The position numbers and the translations under genes are program-made. A DNA stretch of 64,000 nucleotides, taken from Candidatus Bathyarchaeota archaeon. Its GTDB lineage: Archaea; Thermoproteota; Bathyarchaeia; Bathyarchaeales; Bathycorpusculaceae. The stretch spans positions 224,001-288,000 of the forward strand of contig CAWHVC010000005.1 in assembly GCA_963832745.1 (NCBI GenBank). Reading direction: 5' to 3'. Positions 36,116 to 46,477 of this stretch are shown piece after piece. Within the stretch, counting starts at the first letter, position 1, and each line of letters starts with the position of its first letter. Below the pieces are notes generated by a model. It was not told the origin of the DNA. It ran no database searches and saw only the letters and a list, made by a program, of their open reading frames with translations.

Positions 36116-36607
36116 TTAATTAGAGTCATCTTCAGGTTTGAAAAAGAATGCGCGGACTCGACTGTTTCTGCCCAGTAATTCACCGATGAATGCACCCATT
36201 GTTAAGCAGATTATTAGAGTTGGAAAAATGAAGAAGGGGTCAACAAAGATGACCTCCAGTAAGCCTGTGCCCATTAGAATTAGCATTATAGCTGCCCAAA
36301 TACCAAAACCGATGATAGAAGCGCCTACAAAAAGAAAAGTGGCCCGCTTAGATTTGGACAAACTAGACGAAGTAACTCTAATGTAACCCATAAGACCAAT
36401 TAGAAGCACGATTGTAACCATCAAAACCGCAATATTGCCTAAACTAAACCCTATCATATAGCCAGCTAATGAAAACGCTATAGCCATAACCATGGCAACC
36501 ATTACCCAGTAAGACTTTTTTGTTGTTATCCCGGGAGCTTCAGGCGTCGCTTCACGTTTTTTCAAATTAGCTTTGGTTTTGGCTTTAGTTTTAGATTGCT
36601 TAGGCAT
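36116..36607 (-). CDS. Hypothetical membrane protein
   Basis: Four TM helices with a basic N-terminus. Confidence 0.7.
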   Translation of the reverse strand: MPKQSKTKAKTKANLKKREATPEAPGITTKKSYWVMVAMVMAIAFSLAGYMIGFSLGNIAVLMVTIVLLIGLMGYIRVTSSSLSKSKRATFLFVGASIIGFGIWAAIMLILMGTGLLEVIFVDPFFIFPTLIICLTMGAFIGELLGRNSRVRAFFFKPEDDSN

Positions 36608-36713
36608 GAAAGTAATGTTCCAGCTTCAGCACTTATTAACATTTACAAAAAAACCTGACTATAAATTAAAAAATGAAAATAAATCAAAAAATAAAAAAGA
36701 AAAAGAAGATAAT

Positions 36714-38012
36714 TTACTCAGTTGTGTTTTCGTCGCTTTCGTCGATTTGACCGTCGCTTGCCGCTTCGGTTATGAGGTCGGAAGGCGCCTGATGAGGCGC
36801 TGTAGAAGGGTGGCTGTCATGTGTTAGCTCCTCTACTGTTATGGTTTCAATTGCTGGAGATTCTAATTGTTCCATAACTTTTTCGAGTGTTTGCTCAACT
36901 GAAGCTTGCTCGGTAACCTCGAAGACTTGGAGTGGAACATCCGCAACTGGTTGTTCTTCAGCTACGTCAACAACTGCTTCTTCAACTGGAGCAACTGTTT
37001 CTTCAACGATTGCTGCTTCCATGATTGGTTCTTCAACTGCTGGTACCTCTTCAACCATTGCTTCTTCAATTGGAGCGCATTCCATAACTGGCTCTTCAAC
37101 TACTGGTTCAGCAGCTAAGAATATTGGTTCTGAAGTTGCAATTTCGATTGCTGGCTCTTCTGTTGGAACTTCTGGTTCTGCCGGAGCAATTGGTGCTGCC
37201 TCTTCAACTGGAGCTGCTTCTTCGATTGGGGCTGCATATTCTTCAACTGGCGCGGCTTCCATAATTGGTTCTTCAATTGCTGGAGTTTCGACCATTGGTG
37301 CAGCTTCCTCGATCATTGGAGTTTCTTCAATTGATGCTGTTTCAACTTCGATAGGGGTTTCAATTTGGGCGGCCTCAACTACTGGGGCTACTTCAACTGG
37401 AACATCGATTGCTGGTGCAAGCTCAACTGGAGCTGGTGCTTCTTCTATTGGCGCACATTCCAAAACGGGTTCAGCACAAGCGATTTCTGGCTCGGCTGAG
37501 ACAATTTCTGGAGCAGCTTCAATTACTACTGGCTCGGGTGCAGCTATTGTAACACATTCAGTAATTACTGGTGCTGGAGCAGCTGGGACTTCTGGGGCTA
37601 CTGGAGCTTGAACAGTTTGTACTGGAGCACAAAGCTGCATTGTGGCCTGTTTGATTGTTTCTAACTCATTCTTGGCCGTATCTAGCCCTGTTGTTAAGAG
37701 TGAAATTTCACGTTGATAGATCTCATCTTCAATTTCGCCGACTACGTGTTGAATTTCATAGTTTGCGAGAAGAGATTCTAATGTCTTGATTTGACTTGCT
37801 AATTCATCGGTTTTAATTTGCATTTTTTCTAGAAGATCTTTTTGTTGTCTTTCAATTTCAACCATTGCAGAGGTTATGTCGCTATTGAAAGAGTCTCTTG
37901 TTGATTGCGAGATTCTTCCTGTAGAGTACAGGTTATCTAACGCTTGCTTCTTTTTCTTAGCTATTTCATATTCTTCGTTTAATCGTTTAAATGAATGTTT
38001 CCACGAAATCAC
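36714..38012 (-). CDS. CdvA-like coiled-coil protein with long acidic E/A/P/V-rich tail
   Basis: N-terminal coiled coil (KKQALDNLYSTGRISQST...GEIEDEIY) plus about 290 aa of low-complexity EEAAPV-type repeats. Confidence 0.7.
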   Translation of the reverse strand: MISWKHSFKRLNEEYEIAKKKKQALDNLYSTGRISQSTRDSFNSDITSAMVEIERQQKDLLEKMQIKTDELASQIKTLESLLANYEIQHVVGEIEDEIYQREISLLTTGLDTAKNELETIKQATMQLCAPVQTVQAPVAPEVPAAPAPVITECVTIAAPEPVVIEAAPEIVSAEPEIACAEPVLECAPIEEAPAPVELAPAIDVPVEVAPVVEAAQIETPIEVETASIEETPMIEEAAPMVETPAIEEPIMEAAPVEEYAAPIEEAAPVEEAAPIAPAEPEVPTEEPAIEIATSEPIFLAAEPVVEEPVMECAPIEEAMVEEVPAVEEPIMEAAIVEETVAPVEEAVVDVAEEQPVADVPLQVFEVTEQASVEQTLEKVMEQLESPAIETITVEELTHDSHPSTAPHQAPSDLITEAASDGQIDESDENTTE

Positions 38013-38440
38013 GTTTAGGCACCGTTAGCCCAGTACTGTAGTATAAGAAATAACGTTTGTTAACATGCACGTATATACGTAACTAATAATTTGTTTTTCC
38101 AGAGCAACAAAAATGAAAAGATTACGTCTAAAACTGCTTTTTGGTTAGGGCTCATTAGCATTAAACAGCTAAATTTTTTCGACACTCTTTGGTTGAAGAG
38201 TAACATTTATGTGTAAATTGCTGCATTGTATTGATTGCTTCAACTTCGACATTTAGATAGTTATGTGTTGAAGAAATTTGCGTTTACGCTGCCGTTAGGC
38301 AGGTATTTTTGTTTGTATCACTTGTTTAATCACATCTTGTTTAGTATAAATTACATTGTTAATGTCATAACATTTTATTCTAAATACGAATAAAACTTAA
38401 ATATATAAACAGGACTAAACAAGTTGATTGTGAATCTAAC

Positions 38441-38800
38441 ATGGTGTTGCTCTCAGTAAGCCTTAACGGGGAAAAAATGGAAGCAAAAATACTCAAAAAA
38501 ATCCAAGAGAGAATAATCAAAAACTTCATGGACACAATAATAATGTCCGAACTCCGAAACGGACCAGTAAGCGGATACGACATAATATCCTATATCCACA
38601 CCAAATTCGGTTTACTAGTAAGCTCCGGCACCGTATACTCTCTACTCTACTCCCTCGAAAGAAACGGACTCATAGAAGGCGTCTGGGTGGAAAGAAAAAG
38701 AGTTTACAAACTAACAGACAAAGGAGCGAAAACAACACAAGTTATACTTGATTCAACCGACAGGATAAAAGGATTCATGACAACCATCCTAAAAGCCTAA
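38441..38800 (+). CDS. PadR-family transcriptional regulator
   Basis: SGYDII, SSGTVYSLLYSLERNGLI, RKRVYKLTDKG. Confidence 0.9.
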   Translation: MVLLSVSLNGEKMEAKILKKIQERIIKNFMDTIIMSELRNGPVSGYDIISYIHTKFGLLVSSGTVYSLLYSLERNGLIEGVWVERKRVYKLTDKGAKTTQVILDSTDRIKGFMTTILKA

Positions 38801-38892
38801 AAATAACCATCAAACATCAATTTTGGCCTCCACAGAATCGAAACCCTAAAAAACCCCCACCCGATTTCTATCAGCCGCAACAAAATGCGAGC

Positions 38893-38967
38893 GGGTCCGT
38901 AGCTCAGTCAGGCTAGAGCACCGGACTTTTAATCCGGGGGTCGCGGGTTCAATTCCCGTCGGACCCG
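38893..38967 (+). tRNA. tRNA-Lys(UUU), intronless, CCA not encoded
   Basis: Acceptor GGGTCCG/CGGACCC; anticodon arm CCGGA-CTTTTAA-TCCGG; T-loop GGTTCAATTCC. Confidence 0.96.
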
Positions 38968-39040
38968 CCTACATATTCACGAATTTATACTGATAACATA
39001 AAATTTCTAATCTTACCATTTTGCTATTGCTGGTCATTAT

Positions 39041-39355
39041 TCACTTTAACGTTAGAATTATTGGTCCAAGACTGTGCTTTACCCCCGGCAAGCTTGCAAT
39101 AATAGCCACTACATAAGCAGGATTGAGTTCTGAATAGCCTAAATCTCGAACTTCAGACCTTGTTAATTTTTTCTTTTTTGCTAAGTGGTTCCATGCAAGA
39201 GTTACTTCTTTTAGGGGTATGGGTCGTTGTGATTCTGTTGATGTTTTGATAATTATTTGGTTATTGGTAACTTGGGTGATTTCAAAGGGTTTATTTTGGT
39301 AAAGGGTTGTCAAACGTTTACCTTGAAGATTCCTAAGCTCGATGATTAAATCCAT
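39041..39355 (-). CDS. Hypothetical protein
   Basis: 104-aa AT-rich ORF with globular composition, next to the tRNA. Confidence 0.6.
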   Translation of the reverse strand: MDLIIELRNLQGKRLTTLYQNKPFEITQVTNNQIIIKTSTESQRPIPLKEVTLAWNHLAKKKKLTRSEVRDLGYSELNPAYVVAIIASLPGVKHSLGPIILTLK

Positions 39356-39650
39356 AATTTCATTTCCGGTTGATTTTTTCTGTGGTTTGTTATCTTTAGT
39401 TTGGATTTAACCTTTTGCAAGAAGGATGCTAAGTAACCCGGATTAAAGTTTGAGTGTAACCCCTAAAAGTTGAAATGCCTTTTTAGGTAATTTTTCATAA
39501 TTCACCATCTAATTTTGAAAAAAACAAAATCATGTATAATAACTACCTGCACATTCTTAGTTGTGTTGCGCGGATTGCATTATTTTTTGAGCCCTAAAAA
39601 GAGATTTTAGGATTACGTAAGAATCTGGGCAAATTAAGTGAGTTGGAAAA

Positions 39651-40655
39651 ATGAGTATAACACAAGTTAACAAAATAAACGAAGCCTCTAAAACGCATCA
39701 GCGCTTAACTGATAAATGTCCAGAATGTTCAAGCAAAAACATCGTTCATGATTACGACACTGGCGAAACCATCTGTGGGGACTGCGGTCTTGTCGTATAT
39801 GAGCAGATGATGGATAAGGGTCCTGAGTGGCGCGCGTTCACACAAGAAGAAAAAGCTTCCAGAAGTCGAGTTGGAATGCCTACATCATACTCAATCCATG
39901 ATAAAGGCTTATCCACAATGATAAGTCAAGTGGACCGCGATGCTTTCGGAAGAAAACTGCCCTTATCCACAAGGCTGCAAATGTGGCGTCTAAGAAAATG
40001 GCAAATCCGAAGCAGAGTCCACTCATCCATTGACAGAAACCTCGCACAAGCAATGGCCGAACTAGACCGTCTATCAGGCAGTATTTCCAGTTCACCTCCA
40101 ATCAAAGAAAAAGCTGCACTCATTTACAGAAAAGCACTCGACAAAGGCTTAGTCCGTGGAAGATCCATATCTGCCATCGCTGCCGCCTCACTGTATGCTG
40201 CATGCCGCAAAAGTGGATCGCCTAGAACCCTTCGCGAAATTGCTGAAGCAAGTTTAGTGAATAAGAAAGATGTTGCAAGATGCTATAGACTGCTACTGCA
40301 AGAACTCGATTTTCATATGCCAGTTTCTGACGCGTTGACCTTCGTTTCAAAAATTGCAGAAAAGAATAAAATTTCAGGTGCAACACAGGGTGCTGCCATA
40401 GCAATACTCAGAGAGGCTAAACAGAAACGGGTTGCATCAGGAAAGGATCCAATGGGCTTGGCTGCAGCTGCACTCTATATAGCTTGTCTTCAGCATAACG
40501 AAAAGGTAACCCAAAAAGACATCGCAGAAGCAGCAGGCGTCACAGAAGTTACAGTTAGAAACAGATACAAGGCCCTAAAGAAGCAGCTAAACCTTGAAAT
40601 ACCTGATCAAAAAGCTCATTTTAAGGAGAATAAACCGTTTCTTTTATCAAACTAA
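39651..40655 (+). CDS. tfb: Transcription initiation factor IIB
   Basis: CPEC...CGDC zinc ribbon, GPEWRAF, HDKGLST, two cyclin repeats, VTEVTVRNRY. Confidence 0.95.
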   Translation: MSITQVNKINEASKTHQRLTDKCPECSSKNIVHDYDTGETICGDCGLVVYEQMMDKGPEWRAFTQEEKASRSRVGMPTSYSIHDKGLSTMISQVDRDAFGRKLPLSTRLQMWRLRKWQIRSRVHSSIDRNLAQAMAELDRLSGSISSSPPIKEKAALIYRKALDKGLVRGRSISAIAAASLYAACRKSGSPRTLREIAEASLVNKKDVARCYRLLLQELDFHMPVSDALTFVSKIAEKNKISGATQGAAIAILREAKQKRVASGKDPMGLAAAALYIACLQHNEKVTQKDIAEAAGVTEVTVRNRYKALKKQLNLEIPDQKAHFKENKPFLLSN

Positions 40656-40674
40656 AATAAAAGGCTGTGACGGA

Positions 40675-40794
40675 ATGAAAGGTGAAACAGGCGAACAAGA
40701 CCGGATAAAACCTCAACCTAGAAAAAAGAAGGATCGAGAAGATGCCCGCAAGAAGAAAAAACTTGCCAGAGTTGAAAGACAAAAGTCAAGATAA
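40675..40794 (+). CDS. Possible 39-aa very basic peptide
   Basis: MKGETGEQDRIKPQPRKKKDREDARKKKKLARVERQKSR, directly after tfb. Confidence 0.35.
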   Translation: MKGETGEQDRIKPQPRKKKDREDARKKKKLARVERQKSR

Positions 40795-41104
40795 ACCGTA
40801 ATACTACACATAGGCTTTAAAAATTTAAAGTTCTTGCTTATGTTGATGCCGATAGTTTTATCATAGACCCAATAAATTAGGCGCAGTTATGTTAATTAGG
40901 CTCTAAAAAAGGAAATCGTATAAATGACGCATATACAAGGTTGATAACCTTCAAGTGCGGCTCAATTTAACTTCTTTAGGCAATACGACGTATTTTTGTT
41001 AAATTCCTGAGTAGATGGCAGAAATATTTCTTGTCTCTATATTTTATGTAAACTTTGACATAAACAAGAAATAGCCCTTCAACCAAGAGTATAACCGAGC
41101 CCCA

Positions 41105-42322
41105 ATGGAGCCCTTCAGCATAATTACAGAAATTTTGATTGTTTTAGCCGCTGCACTCTTACTAGGTGAACTGTTCGAACGTTTCCGTCTTCCCGCAGTT
41201 ATTGGCGAAATTTTGAGCGGAATGATAATTGGCCCTTCTCTGCTGGGGCTGGTTGTTGCGGATGAATCTTTTAGGGCTATTTCATCAATCGCTTTGTTCT
41301 TCATCATTTTTCATATAGGGTTTCAGATGAAAACACAAATGATACATGGAAGAATTCAGGTGGCGTCTTTGTTTTCGATAACCAGTTTCATGATACCGTT
41401 GGGGTGGATGGCATTGGCAGCGCCGTTATTCTTCCCTTTCAGCATAACTGAAAGTTTAGTCCTTGCCTTGGCAATAGCCGTGCCCTCACTTTCAATTGTT
41501 TCAGTTCTTATTTATCAGTACAACCTACTAAAAACCACCACAGGACAAACAATTCTAGCTTCAGTCACTATATCGGACGTTTTAGCGTTTATTTTTCTCG
41601 CAGGCATCATAAGACCCATAGAAAGCACACTTACAATTTCAGTGGAAATTTTTCTTTTCATAGTCTTTTACGCTATTTTAGATGCTGTATTAAACTGGAA
41701 ACCTCAATTTTTTCAAAATCTTATTTCCCGTTCATCAGGTTTTTTTAAAAGACAAGACTTCGCCTTTGCTCTACTACTAGTTATCGCCCTGCTGGTTTCG
41801 GTTGTCTTTCAAAACATGGGCTTAAGCTTTATCTTAGGAGCGTTCTTTGCAGGATTAATCTTACATGACGGTTTTATTGGAAGAAAAGCTTGCGACAGAA
41901 TCTCACAAACATTATCCACTATGAACAATATTTTCTTCATTCCAATCTTTTTTGGTTTTGCAGGAGTTGAGGTGGTACTTGCGGGAATAGACAGCCTTTA
42001 CTTTGTTGGTATGGCTTTGCTTATCACAATAGCCTTGGGCATTGGAATTACTTTGACATATATTGTTTCAAAGAAATACTTACACGCTAAAGTAGATATT
42101 GCACCTAAACAGTTGGCAGGCCTTCTTGGAGGAAGAGGTGCCATCGGAATCGTTATAGCAACAGTGGCTTTAAGTGAAGGCTTCTTAAGTCAAGTGGGCT
42201 TCTCTTTAGTGATAGTTGCGACGTTAATTTTCTCGTTAATAATTCCGTTTCTTACTGGAAGAAAAGCAGTACAAGAACCAATCAAAGAAAAATGTGCTGA
42301 CGAGATAATAATAGTTGCTTAA
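41105..42322 (+). CDS. Cation:proton antiporter (CPA2/KefB-like)
   Basis: RLPAVIGEILSGMIIGPS, LGAFFAGL, FFIPIFF motifs. Confidence 0.88.
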   Translation: MEPFSIITEILIVLAAALLLGELFERFRLPAVIGEILSGMIIGPSLLGLVVADESFRAISSIALFFIIFHIGFQMKTQMIHGRIQVASLFSITSFMIPLGWMALAAPLFFPFSITESLVLALAIAVPSLSIVSVLIYQYNLLKTTTGQTILASVTISDVLAFIFLAGIIRPIESTLTISVEIFLFIVFYAILDAVLNWKPQFFQNLISRSSGFFKRQDFAFALLLVIALLVSVVFQNMGLSFILGAFFAGLILHDGFIGRKACDRISQTLSTMNNIFFIPIFFGFAGVEVVLAGIDSLYFVGMALLITIALGIGITLTYIVSKKYLHAKVDIAPKQLAGLLGGRGAIGIVIATVALSEGFLSQVGFSLVIVATLIFSLIIPFLTGRKAVQEPIKEKCADEIIIVA

Positions 42323-42350
42323 TAAATTCATCGCACCGAACAATTAACGG

Positions 42351-42929
42351 CTAGTTTAAAGGCGCTAATTTTGCGCCATCACTAAAAGCTTTGCCAATCA
42401 CGACTCCGGGTGCCCGATAGCTTGAATCTGCAAAATTCAACGTGAAAAGCCCCAATTTCGCAGTGTCAGGTTTGCCATTGGTCAAATATTTTTGTTCAGT
42501 AAATGAGTCAATTATTTGACCTATGAAAACCTCGTTTTTTGGCAATTCAACAACAGCGATGAGTCTACATTCTATGCAGAGAGGGCATTCTTTTATCATC
42601 GGCGCATCTGGAAGAGAACCGTAGAATACTTGGAAAAGCTGTGACTTGTCAACTTTTTCGCCTGAAACCAAACCGCAGTAATCAACTTTTGCTGCAAGGT
42701 TGCTTGCGGGAAAGTTTAAACTGAAAACTTTTTTCTCTTTGATAAATTTGTTAGAAAAACGGACCTTGTTTAGGCTTAAAGACACCATTGGAGGGTCAAG
42801 ACTTGCCGTTGCAATCGAGCCTACTGTTGTAAAGTTTGGCCTGTTATCTGTCACGTTTACCCCGACGAGTCCCAACGGCATGGGAAACATCATACTGTTT
42901 TTGCCAAGTGAAACTTTATCCATAAACAT
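42351..42929 (-). CDS. Flavin reductase/flavoredoxin family protein
   Basis: FSLNFP, DYCGLVSG, PMIKECPLCIEC, FIGQI motifs. Confidence 0.9.
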   Translation of the reverse strand: MFMDKVSLGKNSMMFPMPLGLVGVNVTDNRPNFTTVGSIATASLDPPMVSLSLNKVRFSNKFIKEKKVFSLNFPASNLAAKVDYCGLVSGEKVDKSQLFQVFYGSLPDAPMIKECPLCIECRLIAVVELPKNEVFIGQIIDSFTEQKYLTNGKPDTAKLGLFTLNFADSSYRAPGVVIGKAFSDGAKLAPLN

Positions 42930-43147
42930 GCATTGTCCTTTATGATTAGTTGCAACGTAGTTTAAGGGTAAGTCAACGTTTTTATTAAGAATTCTTTACT
43001 GTTTTGAGAATTAAGCATGGGACTACCCGCGCTTTTTGTAAGTTAGCGGTTGTTTTGGATTTTGCAAGTTGGTTAAGTGGGGTTCTCAAAAAGGATTAAA
43101 TTAAATTTCTATGCCCTAATGAAGCAACCAAGTATGAGGTAAAAAGA

Positions 43148-43492
43148 ATGGATAATGCGGCAGTATTTGAATGCTTAAACTTTCAATCTGGCGTGTTTCC
43201 AACGGCGTTATTGTGCGCACCAAGATTTGCTGACGCTAAACCGCTGGATTCAGCCGAAAATGACGGGATTTGGGGCTATAAAGTAGCCTTAATCCCGAAC
43301 TCTTTAAATGCAGGGTTCCACAATTACGGGAAAACAAACTTCAAAGATAAGCAAGTAGGTAAATCGTTGAAGATGATGTCTAATCAATCTAATGTAAAAG
43401 CAGAAAACTATTTGGTTTTCAAAGACTCCTGTATCATTAGCAACACATCGCTTTTATTGTGGACGAAGAGGTCCATAAGTTACCTATCATGA
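43148..43492 (+). other. Uncertain ORF or structured leader upstream of the P-type ATPase
   Basis: GAGGT SD before ATG, but no recognisable protein; contains a hairpin at 43264-43297. Confidence 0.3.
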
Positions 43493-43511
43493 GGTTTCTG
43501 GCGGAATAAAT

Positions 43512-46274
43512 TTGGAAAAAGCTGCGTCTACGCAAATTGAAGATCTTTATAATGATCTTAAAACGTCACCGGATGGTTTAACAACTGAAGAAGCCAAAGC
43601 ACGTTTAAGAAAATACGGGGCAAACAAACTTTTTGAAAAAAGGCAAATCCCGTTCATTTACAAATTCATTACTCATCTTAGAGACTTATTTGGCATATTA
43701 TTGTTAGTTGCTTCAGTGCTTTCTTATATCAGCGGCAACCCAGAATTAGGTATAATTATTTTAGCTGTAGTTTTCGTCAACATTTTCGTCAGTATGTTCC
43801 AGGAATCACGTGCAGAAAAAGCTATGGCAACATTGAGGAACTGGATGCCGGAATACGCTAAAGTTTACCGTGATGGGGAACTCAAGAAGATTGGCGTCAG
43901 AGAAATTGTTCCAGGCGACATCATAGTTCTTGAGGAAGGTGACCGTGTTCCCGCGGATGCACGGTTAATTGAAACCTTTGATTTATGGACAAACAATGTT
44001 CCACTTACAGGGGAATCTGAACCTCAGCCACGTAACGCTGAAACAGTCCAAACGGTTGAGAAAGCATACCTGTATTCGCCTAACCTCATATTCATGAGTA
44101 CAAGTGTTGCAAAAGGCAAGGGCACTGCAGTTGCTTACGCCACAGGCATGAGCACACAGTTCGGAAAAATTGCCAGTTTAACACAAACTATTCGTGAAGA
44201 AGAAAGTCCACTTCAAAAAGAAATTGCTATGATGGCAAAATTCGACTTCGTTTTAGCAGTGATTGTGGGTGCGGCTTTCTTTTTGGCAAGCGTGCTTTTC
44301 CTGCATGTTTCACTTGCTTCAAGTATACTGTTCATGATTGGCGTTATGGTTTGCTGTGTTCCAGAAGGCTTACAGGTTACAGTTTCTAGCGCATTAGCCA
44401 TTAACGTGCTGAAAATGGTCAAGCAACATGTGCTTGTTAAACGTTTATCAGCCGTTCAAACATTGGGCAGTGTCACGGTTATCTGCACTGACAAAACGGG
44501 CACTATAACAAAAGGCGAAATGACCGTAAACAAGCTTTGGGTAAAAGACCGTGTGGTTGAAGTTTCCGGTTTAGGTTACAATCCAGTCGGCGACTTTACC
44601 ATAAATGGTCAAACAATTCATGAAGACGATAATGAAACAAGTTCGCTTGAACGACTGCTGGAAATAGCCGCGTTATGTAATGGTGCAAAGGTTGATCCAC
44701 CATCTAAACGCAATAAAAACTGGAGTGTAATAGGTGACCCAACTGACGGCGCATTACTTGTTGCTGCTTTGAAATACGGCATGAACATGGACGATGAATT
44801 GGAAGAAAAACCAATCCTTGACATTTTACCGTTCAGTTTCGAACGCAAACGTATGACAACAGTTCATGAACTCAACGATGAAGTGCTGGTTTACACTAAA
44901 GGTGCTCATAAGAATACTCTTGACGTCTGCAGTAAAATGTACGCTGACGGCAAAATCGAAGAATTAAACCAAGAAAACATGATGCTTATTGAAGCTCGTA
45001 TTGAAGAATTCGCAAGACAAGGCTTACGCGTCATCGCTATAGCATACAAGAAAATACCTAAAAACCAGTACACCAAAGGCGAAAACGTCGAAGACGTCGA
45101 AAAAGACTTAATCTTCGTTGGTTTAGCTGCAATGCGTGACCCGCCCAGAGCAGAAGTTAAAGACGCAGTTGCAAAAGCAAAACAAGCAGGCATTAGGACA
45201 GTAATTATTACAGGAGATTATGGCCCAACCGCCCAGGCAATCGCAAAAGAAGTCGGTATCGTAGAAGGCGAATACTCTCAAGTCATTAGCGGAGTTGACC
45301 TTGAAAACTTAAGCGACAAAGTAATAGTTGATGAAGTCAAAAAAGGTAACGTAATCTTTGCGCGTGTTGCTCCAGAACAGAAACTGCGCATTGTCAAAGT
45401 GATTAAAAAGAGCGGCGAAATCGTGGCAGTAACCGGCGACGGCGCAAATGATGCACCTTCACTTAAAGAAGCTGACATTGGCGTTGCCATGGGAGCTTCT
45501 GGAACAGATGTTGCACGTGAAGCGGCAGACATAGTCCTGCTTAACGATAGTTTTGCTTCAATTGTTAAAGCTGTTGAATCAGGTAGGGCAATCTATGATA
45601 ATATACGCAAATTCATCGTGTATGTGTTCAGCCACAACTGGGCGGAACTTATCCCATACCTTCTTTACGCTTTGCTGGCTATTCCTTTGCCGCTGCTTGT
45701 AGTGCAAGTGTTGGTTATTGACTTAGCCATTGATGTTATTCCAAGCTTAGCTTTAAGCCGTGAACCACCTGAGGCAGGCATCATGCAGGAGCCACCTAGA
45801 AGCACAAAAGAAAGACTGTTCACACGTAAAATCTTCCTACGCTCAGTCTTCATCGGCGGAATAATCGCGATCGGCGCAATGATTGGATGCTTAAACGCTT
45901 GGATGGCAGGTGGATGGCAACTTGGACAGCAATTAGCAGCTAATGACCCTGTCTACATCAAAGGTGTAACAATGACGTTTGCAGGCATCGTGGTTGCCCA
46001 AGCAGGAAACGTTCTTGCAAGCAGAACCAGCAAGCAATCAATCTTCAAAACCAGCATAAGAACCAACAAATGGATAGTTGTAGGCATCGCAGCGCAGTTG
46101 GCAATCTTGGCATTACTGATCTATGTGCCGGTGATGAATGGTTTCTTCGGAACTACACCGTTGAACCTGACCGACTGGGCATACTTGATAAGTCTTGCAG
46201 TGATTGTCGTGTTTGCAGAAGAAATACGTAAACTGCTTTCACGGAAGCTGGCTAAAAAGTCAATCAAACAATAA
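43512..46274 (+). CDS. Cation-transporting P-type ATPase (type II)
   Basis: TGES, VPEGL, DKTGT, TGDGAND motifs. Confidence 0.95.
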   Translation: MEKAASTQIEDLYNDLKTSPDGLTTEEAKARLRKYGANKLFEKRQIPFIYKFITHLRDLFGILLLVASVLSYISGNPELGIIILAVVFVNIFVSMFQESRAEKAMATLRNWMPEYAKVYRDGELKKIGVREIVPGDIIVLEEGDRVPADARLIETFDLWTNNVPLTGESEPQPRNAETVQTVEKAYLYSPNLIFMSTSVAKGKGTAVAYATGMSTQFGKIASLTQTIREEESPLQKEIAMMAKFDFVLAVIVGAAFFLASVLFLHVSLASSILFMIGVMVCCVPEGLQVTVSSALAINVLKMVKQHVLVKRLSAVQTLGSVTVICTDKTGTITKGEMTVNKLWVKDRVVEVSGLGYNPVGDFTINGQTIHEDDNETSSLERLLEIAALCNGAKVDPPSKRNKNWSVIGDPTDGALLVAALKYGMNMDDELEEKPILDILPFSFERKRMTTVHELNDEVLVYTKGAHKNTLDVCSKMYADGKIEELNQENMMLIEARIEEFARQGLRVIAIAYKKIPKNQYTKGENVEDVEKDLIFVGLAAMRDPPRAEVKDAVAKAKQAGIRTVIITGDYGPTAQAIAKEVGIVEGEYSQVISGVDLENLSDKVIVDEVKKGNVIFARVAPEQKLRIVKVIKKSGEIVAVTGDGANDAPSLKEADIGVAMGASGTDVAREAADIVLLNDSFASIVKAVESGRAIYDNIRKFIVYVFSHNWAELIPYLLYALLAIPLPLLVVQVLVIDLAIDVIPSLALSREPPEAGIMQEPPRSTKERLFTRKIFLRSVFIGGIIAIGAMIGCLNAWMAGGWQLGQQLAANDPVYIKGVTMTFAGIVVAQAGNVLASRTSKQSIFKTSIRTNKWIVVGIAAQLAILALLIYVPVMNGFFGTTPLNLTDWAYLISLAVIVVFAEEIRKLLSRKLAKKSIKQ

Positions 46275-46375
46275 GAGTCTACACTTCCTTTATTTTTTCA
46301 ATATTTTGAATAAATTTTTCAATCATTAGTACTTACCACCCTTTTTTGTTTTGAAGTTTTAGTGGCAGAAAAGTG

Positions 46376-46468
46376 TGGGTAGCGCCTAATCATACTGGAA
46401 AAAGTAGACCCCTTATAGGGTTGTGCAATGTTTCTAATAGACTCTAAATATGCGGCAAATAAGATGGT
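46376..46468 (-). repeat. Dispersed intergenic repeat, degenerate copy E
   Basis: Reverse complement CTTATTTGCCGCATATTTAGAGTCTATTAGAAACATTGCACAACCCTATAAGGGG. Confidence 0.55.
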
Positions 46469-46477
46469 GAAGCGTTT

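Noticed and set aside
36841-37611. 256-aa antisense S/A/G/T-rich ORF
   Set aside because: Shadow of the low-complexity tail of the CdvA-like gene.
38893-38970. tRNA intron or provirus attachment site
   Set aside because: The tRNA folds fully without an intron; no integrase or duplicated 3' end was seen.
43240-43435. Resemblance to c-di-AMP (GCUGAAUCC, minus strand), fluoride or M-box riboswitches
   Set aside because: Only isolated short words match; the remaining consensus elements and pairings are absent.
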